64,000 bases of DNA from Octopus sinensis (taxonomy: Eukaryota). The DNA is taken from NCBI RefSeq assembly GCF_006345805.1, contig NC_042997.1:34968001-35032000 (forward strand), in the 5' to 3' direction. Each line of letters starts with the position of its first letter. Position 1 is the first letter of the stretch. The notes beneath the pieces are model-generated. The model had not been told where the DNA came from. It saw only the letters and a program-made list of their open reading frames with translations, and ran no database searches. Positions 1 through 16,311 of this stretch are shown one piece after another. The translations under genes and the position numbers were made by a program.

Positions 1-129
1 TTTCTTTGAAAGTTTTTCGAAGGGGATCCTGCTAGAAGATTCCTGTGAACTCTTGTGAGAAACCGACTCCTTTACACTTTCCAAATATAATAAAAATATA
101 ATAAAAATTAGTACACCCAATGCCCAATT

Positions 130-314
130 GCCCTGTTCTGGTGCACTTTGGTCTAAACTCTATACCATCCATCATTTCTTCATTGCACGAATCTCACATC
201 CTTTACCTCTCCAAGACACAGATTTTGTGCTCCTGTCTTTAATCCATTCCCTCTTCCAGACAGTACCTTTATTCAGAATTGGTCCTAAAATATCTTGTCC
301 ACGTTTTCGTAGAT

Positions 315-361
<47 letters not shown>

Positions 362-1040
362 ATAGATGTATGTAACCTAGATACGGAAAGCATAGCTTCT
401 TGTTATGTTGTTACTCAGATTCAAATTCCCGCATCACTCGAAATGCTAGATTTTACTATCACTAAACCTCTTTCATGTCAGATGGATATCGTTAGCATAG
501 ATTCTTAGAGTTTGACCCTTTACTTCAAAACGAGAAACTACTTCAGCCCACCAAAATCACAAAACCAATTGAAACGAATCATGTGAAACAAACCATAGAA
601 TACGGATCCTACAATTAGGACTGTACAGCTGCGATGCACAGGAGATTTTCATACGATAACCATAGAAATAACACGTGACTTCTTGACATGAAATTTCTCA
701 TAGACACATTCCATCCTCAGGTCCAAAACCGGGCTGTATCATCTTACCTTTTCTACATATTCTGCAATATTCTATGCTCTTCAGTACTGGTAGGCCATGT
801 GCTATCGCTACTCTGGCACTTATGCCTGACACGTCGATCTTTCTATTATCCCGTACAGCTAATACTCAAACCAAGGTTCAGTGTTAACACTACATCCAGT
901 CCTTCTTACGCAGAGCGTCGACCCTCTAGAAATTCTATTATTTGCTGACCTTTCCTGCATTCCTCGACTCTTAGCAGTTTAAGTGAACGTTAATGATATC
1001 AACTTCAATCTTATGAAGTCTGCGTGATCCAGGACACTGC
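130..1040 (-). mobile_element. Degenerate non-LTR retrotransposon reverse transcriptase, probably RTE clade
   Basis: Minus-strand translation gives AIAHGLPVLKSIEYCRICRKGKMIQPGFGP (similar to RTE 'SH..K..E...R....QxGF'), then KGQTLRIYANDIHL (YADD-like) and CFPYLG (YLG motif), in RT order with stops and frameshifts. Boundaries approximate. Confidence 0.5.
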
Positions 1041-2286
1041 CCCTTCTTCGAAAGTTCATGAACAAAATGGTTTGCAAATGTTTGTATTCAAGTTATGAAT
1101 ATTCAATTCTCAGTGTATAAATGAATATATGAGTTACTTAATATATTCACTTTTACACTGGCAATTTTCTCAAATCTGGTGTACTTATTGGAATGGTTTT
1201 ATTTGTTATTCGTTTCCTAATACGGTTTCAACTGACTAGATTTCATAAAATCAAAAACGTTTGCAGCACGTTAATTTAATGTATCTTTATTTTATTTTAT
1301 TTTATTTCACCAATTATGAATTTTTTAGTATTGTTCATATTGTCTTTGTTTTTTGATGTTGTTCCTTGGGTTTAAAGAAATTCATTTCTGTAATTTATTT
1401 TTATATTTAAAGCTTTTAAAACATCTTTTATTTTGGTTTGGCATTAACATCGAAATATTTAAAAGTATGTTTTTTCTTTCCAACCTCACCATTGTTTTTG
1501 TTTTGTATTAGCGGTCGTCTTACTTTTGTTGTCATAATTGTGTTTCTCGTTTTTGGAAGTTATATTAAGCCTGACCTAGCAATTTCTATACATTTGCAAT
1601 AATGCTTTTTAAAGTTTGTTCCTTACGCACTAAATATATAGTTTTCATAATATGGAACGTCGACGACACAAGAGAACCGAAAATAATCCACATTGCTACG
1701 TAGTCTGACTACTCAACAATATTTAGAAATGAAAATTAAAATTAATAACATAAAAAAAATAGTGATACATAACAAAAATGAAATACATAAAAATAACGTT
1801 TGTATAGGATATAAAAGCGACGAATAAAATTCGAAATGTGAAGAAAGGAAATAAAAAGTAATAAAATAATATAAATGAACAAGAACAAGATGTGTGTATG
1901 TATGTATGCTTGTGTATATATACATACATATATATGTATGTATTTGTGTGTCTGTATTTTACATATACGTATGTGTTTTAGTATAAAAGCTTGAGGCAAA
2001 ATATAGAAAGAAACTAAATAAAAAGTAACATTGTTTATTGATGAATATTGAAATGCTCGAATAAAATGTAAACTACATCAATAGACTACATAGTATTGAA
2101 TATAAATTGTTAATTGGGAATCACGGTTGAAATAGCTTACAATTCTTAAAATATTCTAATAAAGATATTTGTTTATTTATTTATTTGATTGCATCTTTCA
2201 GATGTTCATTTCCCCAAACTTTTCCATAAATGCATACATACGTACGCACAGACATTCATGATTACGTACATACATACAAGCATAAA

Positions 2287-2341
<55 letters not shown>

Positions 2342-3128
2342 AGATAGATGAATAGATAGATAGATTGAAAGAACGCATTCAGTTGCATAGATAGAGAGAT
2401 ATGTACATATAACAATGCGTACAAAAGTTCAACAGTCCCCGCTCTTGAAAACAGAATGCAAAACGATTGCGTCAGATCTTATAAGTGTTTCAAAAGGAAT
2501 ATACCGAAGAGTATCTGTGCATTTATTGTACCCTAAATCTACTGTCATTTCTTTAATAACTCCCAAGGAATATATTAGGTTCCAGAACAGAAGAAGATGC
2601 CAATGCAATGTATAATTTCTGTGTGGATTATATAAAAGCTACAAGAAATATTTACAATACTGAGAATCAGCTGGACATAGTGACCCGGATAAATATTTAG
2701 TAAAGGTTATGTTTACATTTGATTATCAAACAATGAAAAATTGCCTCTCCAAACAAGATCATTTGTATCAGTACTCGTTCTATGTTGTCTGTTCCGCAGA
2801 ACGAGTACTACAAATGCTTTAGTATTGACGAATGTGGATCACACATGGTTGCCGTGCACAAAGACACAGAAACCAAAGAATATCATGAAATATTTAAAAT
2901 CTATAGCAGTTGAAGTTTTTCCCCTTGCAAAAATAAGGTATTCATCAATACGTTTGTAGTAACATTGCTGTGCTGTTATTGGGGATTATTAACTGGTGAG
3001 TAGATAGAATTCCTTGCCATGAATAGTGAATCCTGCAAGATTTCACATCAGCAAGCTTGCGAAACAAATTCATAAATGCATGTATGTATGTATGTATGTA
3101 TGTGAATATATATATATATATATATACG

Positions 3129-3555
3129 TACTCTTTACTCTTTCATCTTTAACTTGTTTCAGTTATTTGAGGGTGGCCATTCTGGAGCATCGTCTTTAGT
3201 CGAGCAAATCGCCCCCAGGACGTATTCTTTGTAATCCTAGTACTTATTCTATCGGGCTCTTTTGCCGAACGGCTAAGTTACGGGGACGTAAATACACCAG
3301 CATCGGTTGTGAAGTGATGTTGGAGGGACAAACATAGACGCACAAACATATACACACACATGCATATATATATATATATATATACATATACACGACCGGC
3401 ATCTTTCAGTTTCCGCCTACCATATCCAATCACAAGGCTTTGGTCAGCCCGAGGCTACAGTAGAAGACACTTGCCCAAGGTGCCACGCAGTGGCACTGAA
3501 CCCGGAACCATGTGGTTCGTAAGCAAGCTACTTACCACACAGCCACTCCTACGCC
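3129..3555 (-). mobile_element. tRNA-derived SINE, family A, with internal (CA)/(TA) tract
   Basis: The minus-strand head has A-box-like TGGCTGTGTGG and B-box-like GGTTCAGT. It is collinear and highly similar to 61276-61713 and 24070-24233. Confidence 0.8.
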
Positions 3556-3590
3556 TATATACATGCATACATGCATACATACATACATAC

Positions 3591-3656
<66 letters not shown>

Positions 3657-3930
3657 GTACGGATTAGTTAACATAATCGCAACTGGTTCTCCAACTCCAA
3701 TCCTAATAAAACACTAACTGCAGCTGCCATGTAGTTATAGATACATGCAATTTATTCGCAATCGATTTTTATCCTCCGATATTTTAATATGCTCGTCGAA
3801 ATGAGCGGTAATTTTAGGTTATGCCAAAAATAATGATATAATACATCAGTGCAAATAAATTGCCATGCTATTGAGATGTTTGTAACATCTACTGCTATAT
3901 TCATCTTCATTTTTATATATGTATATATAT

Positions 3931-3972
<42 letters not shown>

Positions 3973-4534
3973 AAATATAAGAGAGTAACCACCATGTGGT
4001 CTACTCTAGCACTAAAGTAGATCCGCTGGGTTCAGCCACATAAAACAATTATTAAATTAGTATCCAACTTTCTCACCCTCATTAGTTGCTTATATATATA
4101 TATGTATATATATAACACGCACACATACGCACATATACACACTTATATATACACACGCATACAAACAACATATACATATAAACGTATATGTCCACATATC
4201 GTTTTAAGACTTGAAGCTAACACCATCACAATTTTGTCACTTACATATACATCAACTCGATCAGGCCTGTAAACGAACATTTAAATGTTATAGGGTGACG
4301 GAAATTCGATTTTTGTGCCAAGGCCATTACTCTTGATAAATTCTGGTCTAAGACTCTCACACATGTCTACGTTTCGGTTTTCCACAAGACTCACAATTCG
4401 GATGTGACACTTCTGTATATTCGGTAGCAGAGAGTCATCACCATGATTTTCATGCCAACCCTTCAGCTGAAAGCTGGGATGTCAGGCTATTCCACTAATT
4501 CTCTGCGCAAAACTGCTTAGAGTGTATTATGAAT

Positions 4535-4591
<57 letters not shown>

Positions 4592-4907
4592 GATAGTAGT
4601 CTCTTGTAGTTCAAGAAAAACTGTCTTGAAATTTCTTGTTGATGAACCTGCGCAAATGGGTTATTTATAAGGACAAATTTTTGTGATGCACATTAGCACA
4701 CTCCCGCCAACGGTTCAACGTTGCCTGAAAAGGTGGATGGTGTACCACACGTTAAATGTCTGTGTGATCCCAGATCAAAGTGAGGTGAAGTGTTCTGTTC
4801 AAGAACACAACGCCACAACAGGTGCAGAATTGGAACCATTCTCTCATGATCTTGAATGTAATACAATTCTTAGAACAAATGTGTGTGCGTGCGTATGTGT
4901 TTGTGTG

Positions 4908-4952
<45 letters not shown>

Positions 4953-5899
4953 TCTGATGAATAAGTATCGGGACTGTTGCCATAGTGACGAAAGTAAAGT
5001 ACGAAGAGTAAAGCCGCTCAGCACAAATTGAACTTGAACTCTACTTGGCATGCGCACTAAGTTTTAACATCCTAGCACACATATGTAACTATATATATAT
5101 GTGTGTATATGTATATATGGGCTCAAATATGTGTATGTATGCATGTGTGTATGTATGTATAATCCTTGAGTTGACTAAATATACGATCTATCCAAAGTGT
5201 ATTCATAAAATATCTACTAGTAATATACGGTAACTGTTTCATTTGTCTGTAATCACAAACAGAAGATTTCAGTGTTGAAAAAAAACAGACTAGTATTGAA
5301 AACTTTATTTAATTTAGAGCTGGGAGATCGAATATAACACTATTGTCTGAGTTTTTAATTTTTCAGGGAATAAAGTATTGATTATACTGAAACTGATGTC
5401 CTTCCTAATTATAGAAACATCTATTATATTATCATGGGAAACTATCTTAAATGGCTTCTGTTGGTTTTCTTTCTAATTAGTCACGTTCAGTCAGGCAGTG
5501 CAATCGAGTTCAAGAATGTCTGTATGATGCACAAACAGATGCAAAGCTGATACTGACGATTTTATCACATAATCGATTCTGCTGTGTTTGCCTTGGTATA
5601 CAATTAAGCAATGTTAAAGATTATTATTATATCTGTAAATAATTGTATATCTATAAATGTATTCACAATCGCAAACGTTTCCTACTCATACATTCTTAAA
5701 GCATAATGCGTGTACCCATACGCATGTCCACGCACGCACGGGCGTGCACACACAAAATGGGCGGCTGAATTGTAGGCAACAGATTTTGAGCTGTAACCTC
5801 CAGTATGTGAGTGGTTACGTATATATATATATGTGTGTGTGTATGTGTGTATAAATATATGTATACATATATGTATATATAGATACATATATATGTAAA

Positions 5900-6077
<178 letters not shown>

Positions 6078-6173
6078 TTATAATAAGTGTAGGTGGTATG
6101 CAAGTGGGTATATATTTATAAAAAAGAAGTTTGAAAAGGCCACTATATAAGATAAATTTTAATTTTCTTAAAA

Positions 6174-6221
6174 ATTTTACGTTTCGGTTCTTCCTGAAAA
6201 AAAACGAACCTTATCAAAAAT
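6174..6221 (-). ncRNA. Decayed minimal type I hammerhead-like motif
   Basis: Minus strand reads ATTT-TTGATAA-GGTTC..GAACC-GAAA-CG-TA-AAAT. Stems I and II pair, but the core has two substitutions relative to CTGATGA. Confidence 0.3.
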
Positions 6222-6621
6222 ATTTTAAAAAGTTAAGTGTAATAAAAAAGTTGATAATTGTTACTGAATAGTCTCAACAGTATACACGTGGTTGTTTTTT
6301 TGTGGGGAGGAAGCATAATAGCTGTCTTATGTGGTGAATAAAGTTGGGGAAAATGACCAGTGTCGGTGGTAGTGGTGGTTGGAGGCAACTCCAACCACCA
6401 CCACCACGGCCACTACTACCTACTACTACGACCAACAGTCACTGCTATTATGCTTCCTCCCCGCAAAAACCCACCATGTGGAAACGAAAATATTTTCTGT
6501 AATGTTTATTTTTCCGTGTATAATTTTCTATTTATAACGATTGAGATATTCTACGCAAGTCATAGTTTATATCATACACACACACACACACACATACACA
6601 CACACACACACATACACGCAA

Positions 6622-6655
<34 letters not shown>

Positions 6656-6662
6656 GGCATGG

Positions 6663-6699
<37 letters not shown>

Positions 6700-7360
6700 G
6701 GCATGGTCGCAGTCAGTCAATCATCTAGGTAAAAACAACTTGTAGTATGCTTTACAAAGCTCTCCCACAGGTATCGAGTGTGGATGTTATTTGTTATTCA
6801 ATGGGCCTTCTGTCACTGAATATGCTTTAAAAAATCCATAAATATCCGTACAGTAAATATAGGTAGGAAAACGGATTTAACATGCTTTATTGCATATCAC
6901 TTCAATTATTTCAACACAACACTACCAGCTGTTCAGTGATGAATGTTAAGTAGATTATGAACAATACTATGTTAATTATTACCACTGAGCTGAGTATGGT
7001 AAAAACAACTTTGTTAAACTAGACTATTATTTCATTTAATACCCACTTCTGGTGTGGGTATAGTTAGCTGAAATGAAAGTCAGATTTTGCTTTTCTGCCA
7101 TACTCACCTGAGGAAATGCAATTACTTGTATTGCTGAATAGTAATATTTAACCCACTGTGTTTTCTGTAATCTAACGTACAGCATTGAACAGCTGGTAAT
7201 AATGTTTTGAAACGAATGAAGTTGTGTGTGATAAAGCATTTTCAATCCGACTTCTCTTATTAAAAGTATGTCTGTATATATATAATGTGTGTATATATAT
7301 ATATATATGTGTGTATACATATATATATATATATATATATCTATATATATATATATATAT

Positions 7361-7521
7361 AAACATTATTGGTGAATTGAAGAAATGGAGCTGAACGCAG
7401 ATTGAACAGAAATCGTTTTATTTCATTCTACACGTGTTTCGAAAGGCACAAATTACCAAAATAAAACGATTTCTGTTCAATCTGCGTTCAGCTCCATTTC
7501 CTCAATTCACCAATAATGTTT
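7361..7521. repeat. Near-perfect inverted repeat, 63-bp arms with a 35-nt spacer
   Basis: 7361-7423 is the reverse complement of 7459-7521 with one mismatch (GAAG/GAGG). Confidence 0.92.
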
Positions 7522-7668
7522 TAATTTCAATTATCGCACCAACGCACGGTTGCAACGCCAGATGGTTGTACCTCCAACCGTGCTGTTCACTGCTGTGATT
7601 TTTGCTACTAAGGTATCGGTTAAACTTTTGATTAATCCACTACAAGATTATTCATCTTTCTATTTCAC

Positions 7669-7711
<43 letters not shown>

Positions 7712-7731
7712 TAATATATATATATATATAA

Positions 7732-7763
<32 letters not shown>

Positions 7764-8507
7764 GTACATAGATAATTCATATATTTATATATATATATAT
7801 ATATAATATATATATATTATATATATACATAGATGCCTTCATATATATATATACATATACATGAATGCATGTATGTTGCTCGGGTGATCTTGGAACAGGA
7901 AGGGTAAACATAGCCTTGGTAGGCTCTGCTACACCAGTGAAATTCATGTTATTGATATTTCTTTTCAAAATTTGTTAAAGCCTGCGTGAAAGACAAGTTC
8001 ATGTTGGCAATTATAGAAGTAATATTACGTAGGAATGTATCTATATACATATCGGTATGCATGTGAATATACGATTATGGAGTTATCTAAAAATATCTAT
8101 ACAGAAATAATGTAAAACATCATATAGATAATAATATTTACTCTGGACTATTGATATATTGCAGCAAAACTGAGATGAGATTTTATAACACATTTTATTA
8201 AATGAATTAGATTAAAGTATCCATTCGTAGATAATAAAATTTTAATATTTCAATAAAAAATAATATAGATAGTTTCCATTTCATGTATTTTAAAATTGAA
8301 AATTTATCGATCTTCTATCTTTGCTGTCTGGATGGTACGAAGGAGCATTTTAAATAAAATAGTAAATTATTTTCAAATTCCCCATATTAGGTCATGACAT
8401 ATCTTACTGTTTATATAAGAACGATTGATGTTTCAAATAATTAATAACGTACATGAGCATATATTTTCAAGACACACACACACATACATACACACATACA
8501 TATATAT

Positions 8508-8553
<46 letters not shown>

Positions 8554-8731
8554 CTATATGTTATATATATATATATATGATTTACAAGTATGTGTGTATA
8601 TACACTCATGGTACACTTATATGTAGGTATATGCTGTACACGTAGGATGTGAGCATATATATATATATATAATATATATATGTATGCATATAAACGTATA
8701 TAGTGTGCATATATATATGTATGTATATAAA

Positions 8732-8785
<54 letters not shown>

Positions 8786-8882
8786 AGATAGATAGATAGA
8801 TATTGTATAGATGTAACCTATATATATTTGTGTGGCCATACATAATCTATATCGCACCAAATCTCTCGGTTTCTCTCTCTCA

Positions 8883-8916
<34 letters not shown>

Positions 8917-9644
8917 GTATGAATGTATATATATATATATATATATATTATATACACCCACCCACCGCCACCCACACATATATATGCCTGTTTAATTGAT
9001 TTGTAAAGCATGCACTTCATGAAGCATTTATCTGCTAATGGTAGATTTGAAATAATATTTAATATTACTTTACACTGTTAATATCGAAGTTTCGCCAATA
9101 AAACCGACTTTCAAATAAAAATAAAACAACATTCAAACGAAATTCTCTCTAAATATAGTAGTTTATTTTGCTGTCATAAGTATTAGTTAAGGCGGGTATA
9201 ATCGGAAGGGGTTCGGGTAAGTAATGGGCTGCTAAGTTGATTGATTAGCTGAAAGGGAGGAAACAGGCTAAGACTTGTTGGCGGGAAGGAGAAAATTACC
9301 ATCCGTTTCTGTTTGTCTTTTATATATGATGAAAGCGACGATGAGACTGATTATATATCACGAAGAGATTTTACACCTTGCAGAAATCTACGGATTTAAA
9401 ACACTCAGTGAGATATAAGGTCTGTGTCTACACAAAAAAAAATGAATTTTGAGTTTCTGTTTAACAATTGTCCAACAAGAATAGAATTTTGTGGTTTTAT
9501 AAAATGCAAAGCTGGCATGTTTTTGTTTTAATTTATCTAATTTTATTTATATGTTTTGGCCCATGAGGATGTACGGTATCTGATATATCTATATTTACCA
9601 ATGTTGAAATATACACACTATTGGTTAGTCTTAGTTATTTTTCT

Positions 9645-10500
9645 TAGCCATACAGATGACATCAAGCTGTACCTTGAAATAAAAAGAACAGATCCTATGC
9701 GCTATAGATCTTTACTGCACTCTAACTTAGATACAATGCAGCAATGGATCTCTGACTGGCAACTCAAGCTAGCTGTGAACAGTGTGCGTCACTATGCATT
9801 TTGGGAGGAAAAATCGAGCCTTTACATACTCCCTCAGCAACATCAATCTCAAAAAGTATTCTAGCGGATGTGATCTCGGCATTATTGTCAACAAAGATCT
9901 GCATTGGACAAACCACATCTCTAAGATTGTTAACAAGGCTGAGGGGTTGCTACCATCACTCAGTATGATCTTTGTCAGTCGCTCTCCAGATGTCTATTTA
10001 AAATTGTACGCGACAACGGTACGTCTACTCTTGAAATTTGCATCACTATCATTTTCAGCATAAAAATCTCATGGAAACTGTTCAGAAACGTGCAACAAAA
10101 CAAATGTCTGCCGTCAGACAACTACTATACTCTGAACATCTTGCTTCCCTGGACATGGCTACATTGAAGCTCAGACGTCTGGCAACTGACTTGGTAGACA
10201 CCTACAAGGTTGTCCACAATCTTTTCATCAACAACATTGCGCATGTTTTTGAGTTATATATGACAAACACTCGCGGACATGCTTATAAAATCCAAAGACA
10301 ACACAGCACCCATGTCTTTCGGAAACACTTTTTCATGCTTAGAATTGCTGAAGTATGGAATAAACTACCCGCATCTTTCGTTAGCTGTCGAGACACTACA
10401 TCCTTTAAAACTTCCATGCTTCCTGACATCCACCAATAGTACGCCTAATGACCTTTTTATTCTTTTTTTTTAAGTTGTAGTACACCTGAGCACTGTATAC
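9645..10500 (+). mobile_element. 5'-truncated CR1/L2-group LINE: RT C-terminus and 3' end, frameshifted
   Basis: Overlapping ORFs give TDDIKLY (YADD-like), DLGIIVNKDLHWTNHISKIVNKA, METVQKRATK, LKLRRLATDL, TRGHAYKI and RKHFF..RIAEVWNKLP, which are typical CR1-group C-terminal motifs. Confidence 0.85.
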
Positions 10501-12145
10501 CACGATTCCCTTCATGGTTATATATATAAATCAAGCAAATTATCTACATCGTAAGTGTATTTCTCTCTTTTGTGTATACGTCTAAGACACTAGGCTGCTA
10601 CAAGAAATATGGTTGGAAACTATCGTGTTGATTACGCTCATTGAGGCAAAATCACCTGTCGACAGCAGTCTCCTTACCACCATGTTAATTTTGGAGAAAA
10701 TCTTGTTTCTTGAGATTATCTCTTTCTTATATGGAGCTGGTCTTAATTACTATTTGATGCCAGAAGAAATACAATTTCTGCTCTTAAAATATTCAATAGA
10801 GTGGATATAGAAATAGTGAATGTTCTACTAGCATTTATTTATTTATTACATGCTCTCATGTAAGAAACAAAGTTAATTGTATTTTGTTGCCTTTACAGAT
10901 TTCCCTCTTTTTCAAGCATTCAGAGCATAACGTACTTGATCTGTGATTTATTAATCAAATACTTAAACTCTCTGGTTCTTAACCTGAGTGGCAAGGCATC
11001 TTTAGGTCAATGTAATGGAAGAAAGACATGGCAACTCTTACGTTCGAGCTAGTATTACTCACTGTCACTGTGAGAAGGAACATGATACCAAGATCCAATA
11101 TTATATAATGACACTCGACTTCAGTAATTTCCATACACAGGTTAACAAAAGGGTTACTAGTCCACTTTCATACATAAATTCACATAGAGATCTCCAGTCC
11201 ACGAAAATATCTAAAAAGCAGGGCATTCCTGTTATAGAGTGTACGAAAATTGGGATAATAAAGCAGCAAGCAAAATTAGCTTCTGCTTGATTACAATGGT
11301 AATTAAGACAATAGCACAAATGGAAGTCTGTAAAACGCCTTTCAATGAAATGAGCAGCTGAACTACGGAAGACTTAGAACTACTGCTTAAATGCACTTAA
11401 TCCAGTTTCTTGCTGCTGAATACAATGCAAGCTTCAAGAAAAGATGAGAAAGTACCTTCCTTTAATTACAATTCAATTTGTATTTATCCCTAAAAACAAA
11501 ACCCATATATTTACATAGATGCTGGTGTAAGAGTAAAAAGCTAACATAAGGGTAGATGTCCACGTAGCAAGAAGTAAATACCCAGAAAATGTATGTTAAC
11601 TACAAGGAACTAACCCTTCTAAAATATCCCTCTTAAGCAAATATATGATTTAAATTATTATAATTGACACGTGCGTAGACATGAGAGATGAACGCGTCGT
11701 ACAATTGATTAGAAATTATCCATTTAGCTACCAAGGGAGAAGTGCTAGAAAGTATCTCTGAATAATCAATCTCATTGAAAGCTCTAGTGTAATGTTCAAG
11801 TTGTTAGTTGCGCGCTCAACTTTCGCTGCATAACTTTACTAATAAATTCGGAAGTAAATGGTTGCCTGTCGTTCTTTTACATTCACATAAATACACACAA
11901 AACATGCAGAAGTACAGTCATACACAGAGGCACACTATTAAATAGGCTGGTACGTACTGAGCACATAACACACATTTACTTTATTCAAGCATATGAAGAC
12001 ATACCCATACACATATACATTATGCATACGTTTACCACATTATTTTGTATATGCATATTAGATGCGTGTCTCTCTCTCACTCTCTCTCTCTCTCTCAATC
12101 TCTCACTATATATATATATATATGTATTTGTAAAATTACATGTGT

Positions 12146-12184
<39 letters not shown>

Positions 12185-13127
12185 GAGAGAGAGATGTATG
12201 TATGTATGTATTAAACATCTTTAACATCCCATAATTATTGTATCGTTTATATTTTTGTTTTATTAAAATCTATTTATATATAATTAGTTCTTATCATTTT
12301 TATATGATAATGCTGAGCAAGAAGCATATGGTAACGGAATATCTTGGGAGTAAGATTGTAATTGTTATAGGAAGGACACTTATAATAATGATCATCGGAC
12401 AATATTTCTGTATATGCATACCCAGATAGACATTAATTGACGTTGTCTCAATTTAGTGTTGATTGAATGACAATTATAAGTAAAGTACACGTTCCATTTT
12501 GTAGAAAATGCTGCGTGGGTTATCATTTCGTTGATGTACAACACATTATATCAAATTATAGAATCGAAATCTGGATGTACGAGTAGATTTTGTACGTTAA
12601 ATGCACTAGTACACTTTGCATATTTATCGATGAGAAATACCGGACTGAATTGAAAATTGAATGAACAGCATTTTCAACCGAGTTCATATTGTACTGCTAT
12701 GTTATTTAATGAAGTTTACTGCAATATATTTTGATGTAATCTAAGAAGAGTACTAGGAATTATTTTGTTGGTGCAAATACGTTAGCCATAGGTTGAGCAA
12801 ATTCTGGTCTGAACATATCTAATTACTTAACTATTATAGACAATAGTTCTAGTGTAAAGTTTCCATTGTTTGGTGAATAAATTCTTTCAATATTATACAC
12901 GAGTGGATATCCCATCATTCGACTAAAGCATAAATGATATGCAGAAGTAATAAGCAGGGGTTTTTAAGAATGCAAGAATTGGAATTAGTATAGAATACTG
13001 TGTTAAAATACATTTATAAGAACAGAATAATTACTGTTGGCGTTTTTGTAGTTTTGCGTAGACTACATAAGGATGCAAATTATTATATGTCCTATATATA
13101 TCATAATTAATCTGTCTATCGTTATAT

Positions 13128-13140
13128 CTATCTATCTTTA

Positions 13141-13231
<91 letters not shown>

Positions 13232-13349
13232 AAACATATATGTGTATGTGTGTGTAGTAGTAGTAGTAGTAGTCGTAGTAGTAATAGTAGTAGTAGTAGT
13301 AGTAGTAGTTGTAGTTGTAGTAGTAGTAGTAGTGGTAGTAGTAGTAGTG

Positions 13350-13380
<31 letters not shown>

Positions 13381-13381
13381 A
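13128..13381. repeat. Compound microsatellite: (TATC)n followed by (TAG)n
   Basis: Directly visible. Confidence 0.95.
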
Positions 13382-14609
13382 CTTTGTATGCACAAATAAA
13401 TGTACGACTGTTACTGTTATGTTCAATGCTCCACGTTGAATATCAAACTCCAGTCTGCTTGAAGTATAGTCGCTCAGTAATTACTACATCTAGTGGCATT
13501 ATTACTTATGAGAGGCTAAGCAACTGTGGGATAAATTAAGATAAACGGAAGTTTATATTATTGGTTCCTACATACAGTTCATCATTATAGCTGCTTGGGA
13601 CCCTACGTTGGGAGTTCCAATTGCATTGAGATGCTTAAACAGAACGGACCATCAAGGAACAATTTATTGCATCAAATTACAGAGACCTATATATATATGT
13701 ATGAATGTATGTATGAAACTAAATTTTGCTGCACCGCTGGGAAATGAAAATTTTGATATGTAGCTGGTGCTAATAAAGTGATGAAATTTAAAACAATTGT
13801 AATGTATAACTGAAATTTAAGACAATGGTAATGTATATCTATATGAAGCTGGCGGAAATAGTACGAAAGTACAGAGGTTGTGTTTCTATCGTCGCTTTAC
13901 ATATTTTTGTAGCCAGAATATCTACATCAAAATATATGTACACAGACGTCTCCATACCTTTTATAAAAGTAGTCATACATATAAGTGTAACAACCTCACC
14001 CGTTTCGCAGATAAATAGTACTTTTCGCATGATGAGAAAGAAAATGATGATGATGACGAAGATGAGGAGGAAAACTATGACAATGATTATGAGGTGGTAG
14101 TGATGATGATGATGACGATCATTATAATGATGATGGTAATAATACAATCTGTATTAAGCAAAATTTAACAACTTTCATACAAGAAGAGGCAAAGGTTAAT
14201 TCTTTTAAGCGTATATGATATTTATCACAACGAGGAAACATTACGAGGCCATCCATGGTCTTCTTCAACAGCAATCACGCAGTGCATAATGCGCTGAGGC
14301 TTTTTTTCCCAGTGCCTCACTGGATTTACAAAAATTCTCAGTAGGATTTCAGAAATGTAAACATGCACTTTTCTTCATAACCAAATCCAATCTGCTGTAT
14401 ATATATGTATAGATATAAATACATATTTATATGTATGCATATATATATGCATACGTATATATAACACTATATAAATATACATATATATATATATGAATAT
14501 ACAGATAGAAAAATTATATATATGCATATATGCATATGATTACATATTTAACATAAATATATATATATAATATATACTATCAATATACATTACGTACATG
14601 TGTGAGAGC

Positions 14610-14686
<77 letters not shown>

Positions 14687-15600
14687 GCATATTATCCACG
14701 TGAATGTGTAGAAGTGCGAATATCCAGTGTTTTCTTTATGCCTGTGTGTCATGAAACGAAGATTAAGAAACGTATGAATATGCATGTGTCTATGTATGTA
14801 TATACGTATGTGTGTATGTATGTATGTATGAATGTATGTATGTATGTATATACGTATGTGTGTATGTATGTATGTATGTGTGTTTGTGTATGCACGTATA
14901 TATGTATCTGTGTATATTGAAAGAAGTGTTGTTTTACGTTTACTAGCATTCTCAGGATTATTTACTTCTGTAACTACAGGGCTGCTCACGTGAAATGACA
15001 AAGCCAATATTTGTCGTGCATTTTTGCATCAATACGTTACATACAAAAATACACACCCACTCACATAAGTAAACGTATATGACACATGTATATGTATATA
15101 TGTATATATATGTTTGTATATTCATATATGTATATGTATGTATACGTATATATTTACATATATATATGTATATATATAAATAATTATATATTTATAAATA
15201 TATATTGCATTTTCATTTTTTCTTATCATTAAAGAGACATGCAAGAGTGTTAAAAGAATGGAAACGTAGCATTTGCTAAATATAATATAAATATATTAAT
15301 GCATGAAAAACTTTGATCAATGAAAGGTCTATTTAATAAATATCTTAAATGAAAATAATATTTGATATAAATATTTATTGAATAAAATATATAATTAAAT
15401 TACATATTCTATTATTTTTCACAAATGCATAATACATACATTTAGTATAATTCAATATAATTTCAGTGTTATATTAATTTTCTATTTTCTTATATTCTTA
15501 TACGAAGTTTTGGAACACTTCTTCAAGAGAATCTCTAAGTAACATTCTTTTGACGTCGGTACCTACACACAATTACGCAAATTTACATTTACATACATAC

Positions 15601-15636
<36 letters not shown>

Positions 15637-16271
15637 CATACATATGCACGCGTTTATGTATTGTAGTTACATATATAGATGTGAAAAAATTAAGATAATA
15701 ATAATAATAGAAATAATAATATACTATGCTTATATATATATATAAGAATATATATATATACATACATATACACACACACATATATATATATATACATTTA
15801 TACATACATACATATATATATATATACATGTATATATGTGTATATGTAATGAAATCTACATATGTGTTTCTATAAATATATATGCTGAACAAGGTGTTAA
15901 TATATATATATATAATTTTTGTACGTAAGGCACTGTCTAATTACGATCATATAAACAGTCGTAGATACATACAGACACACGCCTATATGTGCAATAACAT
16001 ATTTGCATAATCTATTACCCTGCTTTAAGTAGTTGTCTATCTGGTGCAGTTTTATTATTTAGAGCTTTGATGTTCTTATTTACGTATATAATGCTCGACT
16101 TTTGTGACTCAACTAGCAGAGTAATTCATGGAAATGTTACTGAATATTTGTTTACACATTTAATATTATATTCTATTAATTTTTGCAGACATTCAAATAC
16201 AAAGATATTAAAAGAAATGCAAGCACATACCCGCCTATTTTACGAAACTCGTAAATGTTAAACGATATATA

Positions 16272-16311
<40 letters not shown>

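Noticed and set aside
10590-10800. Frame with several TGA codons suggesting a mitochondrial insertion
   Set aside because: Reading TGA as Trp gives no recognisable mitochondrial protein, and a TAA remains.
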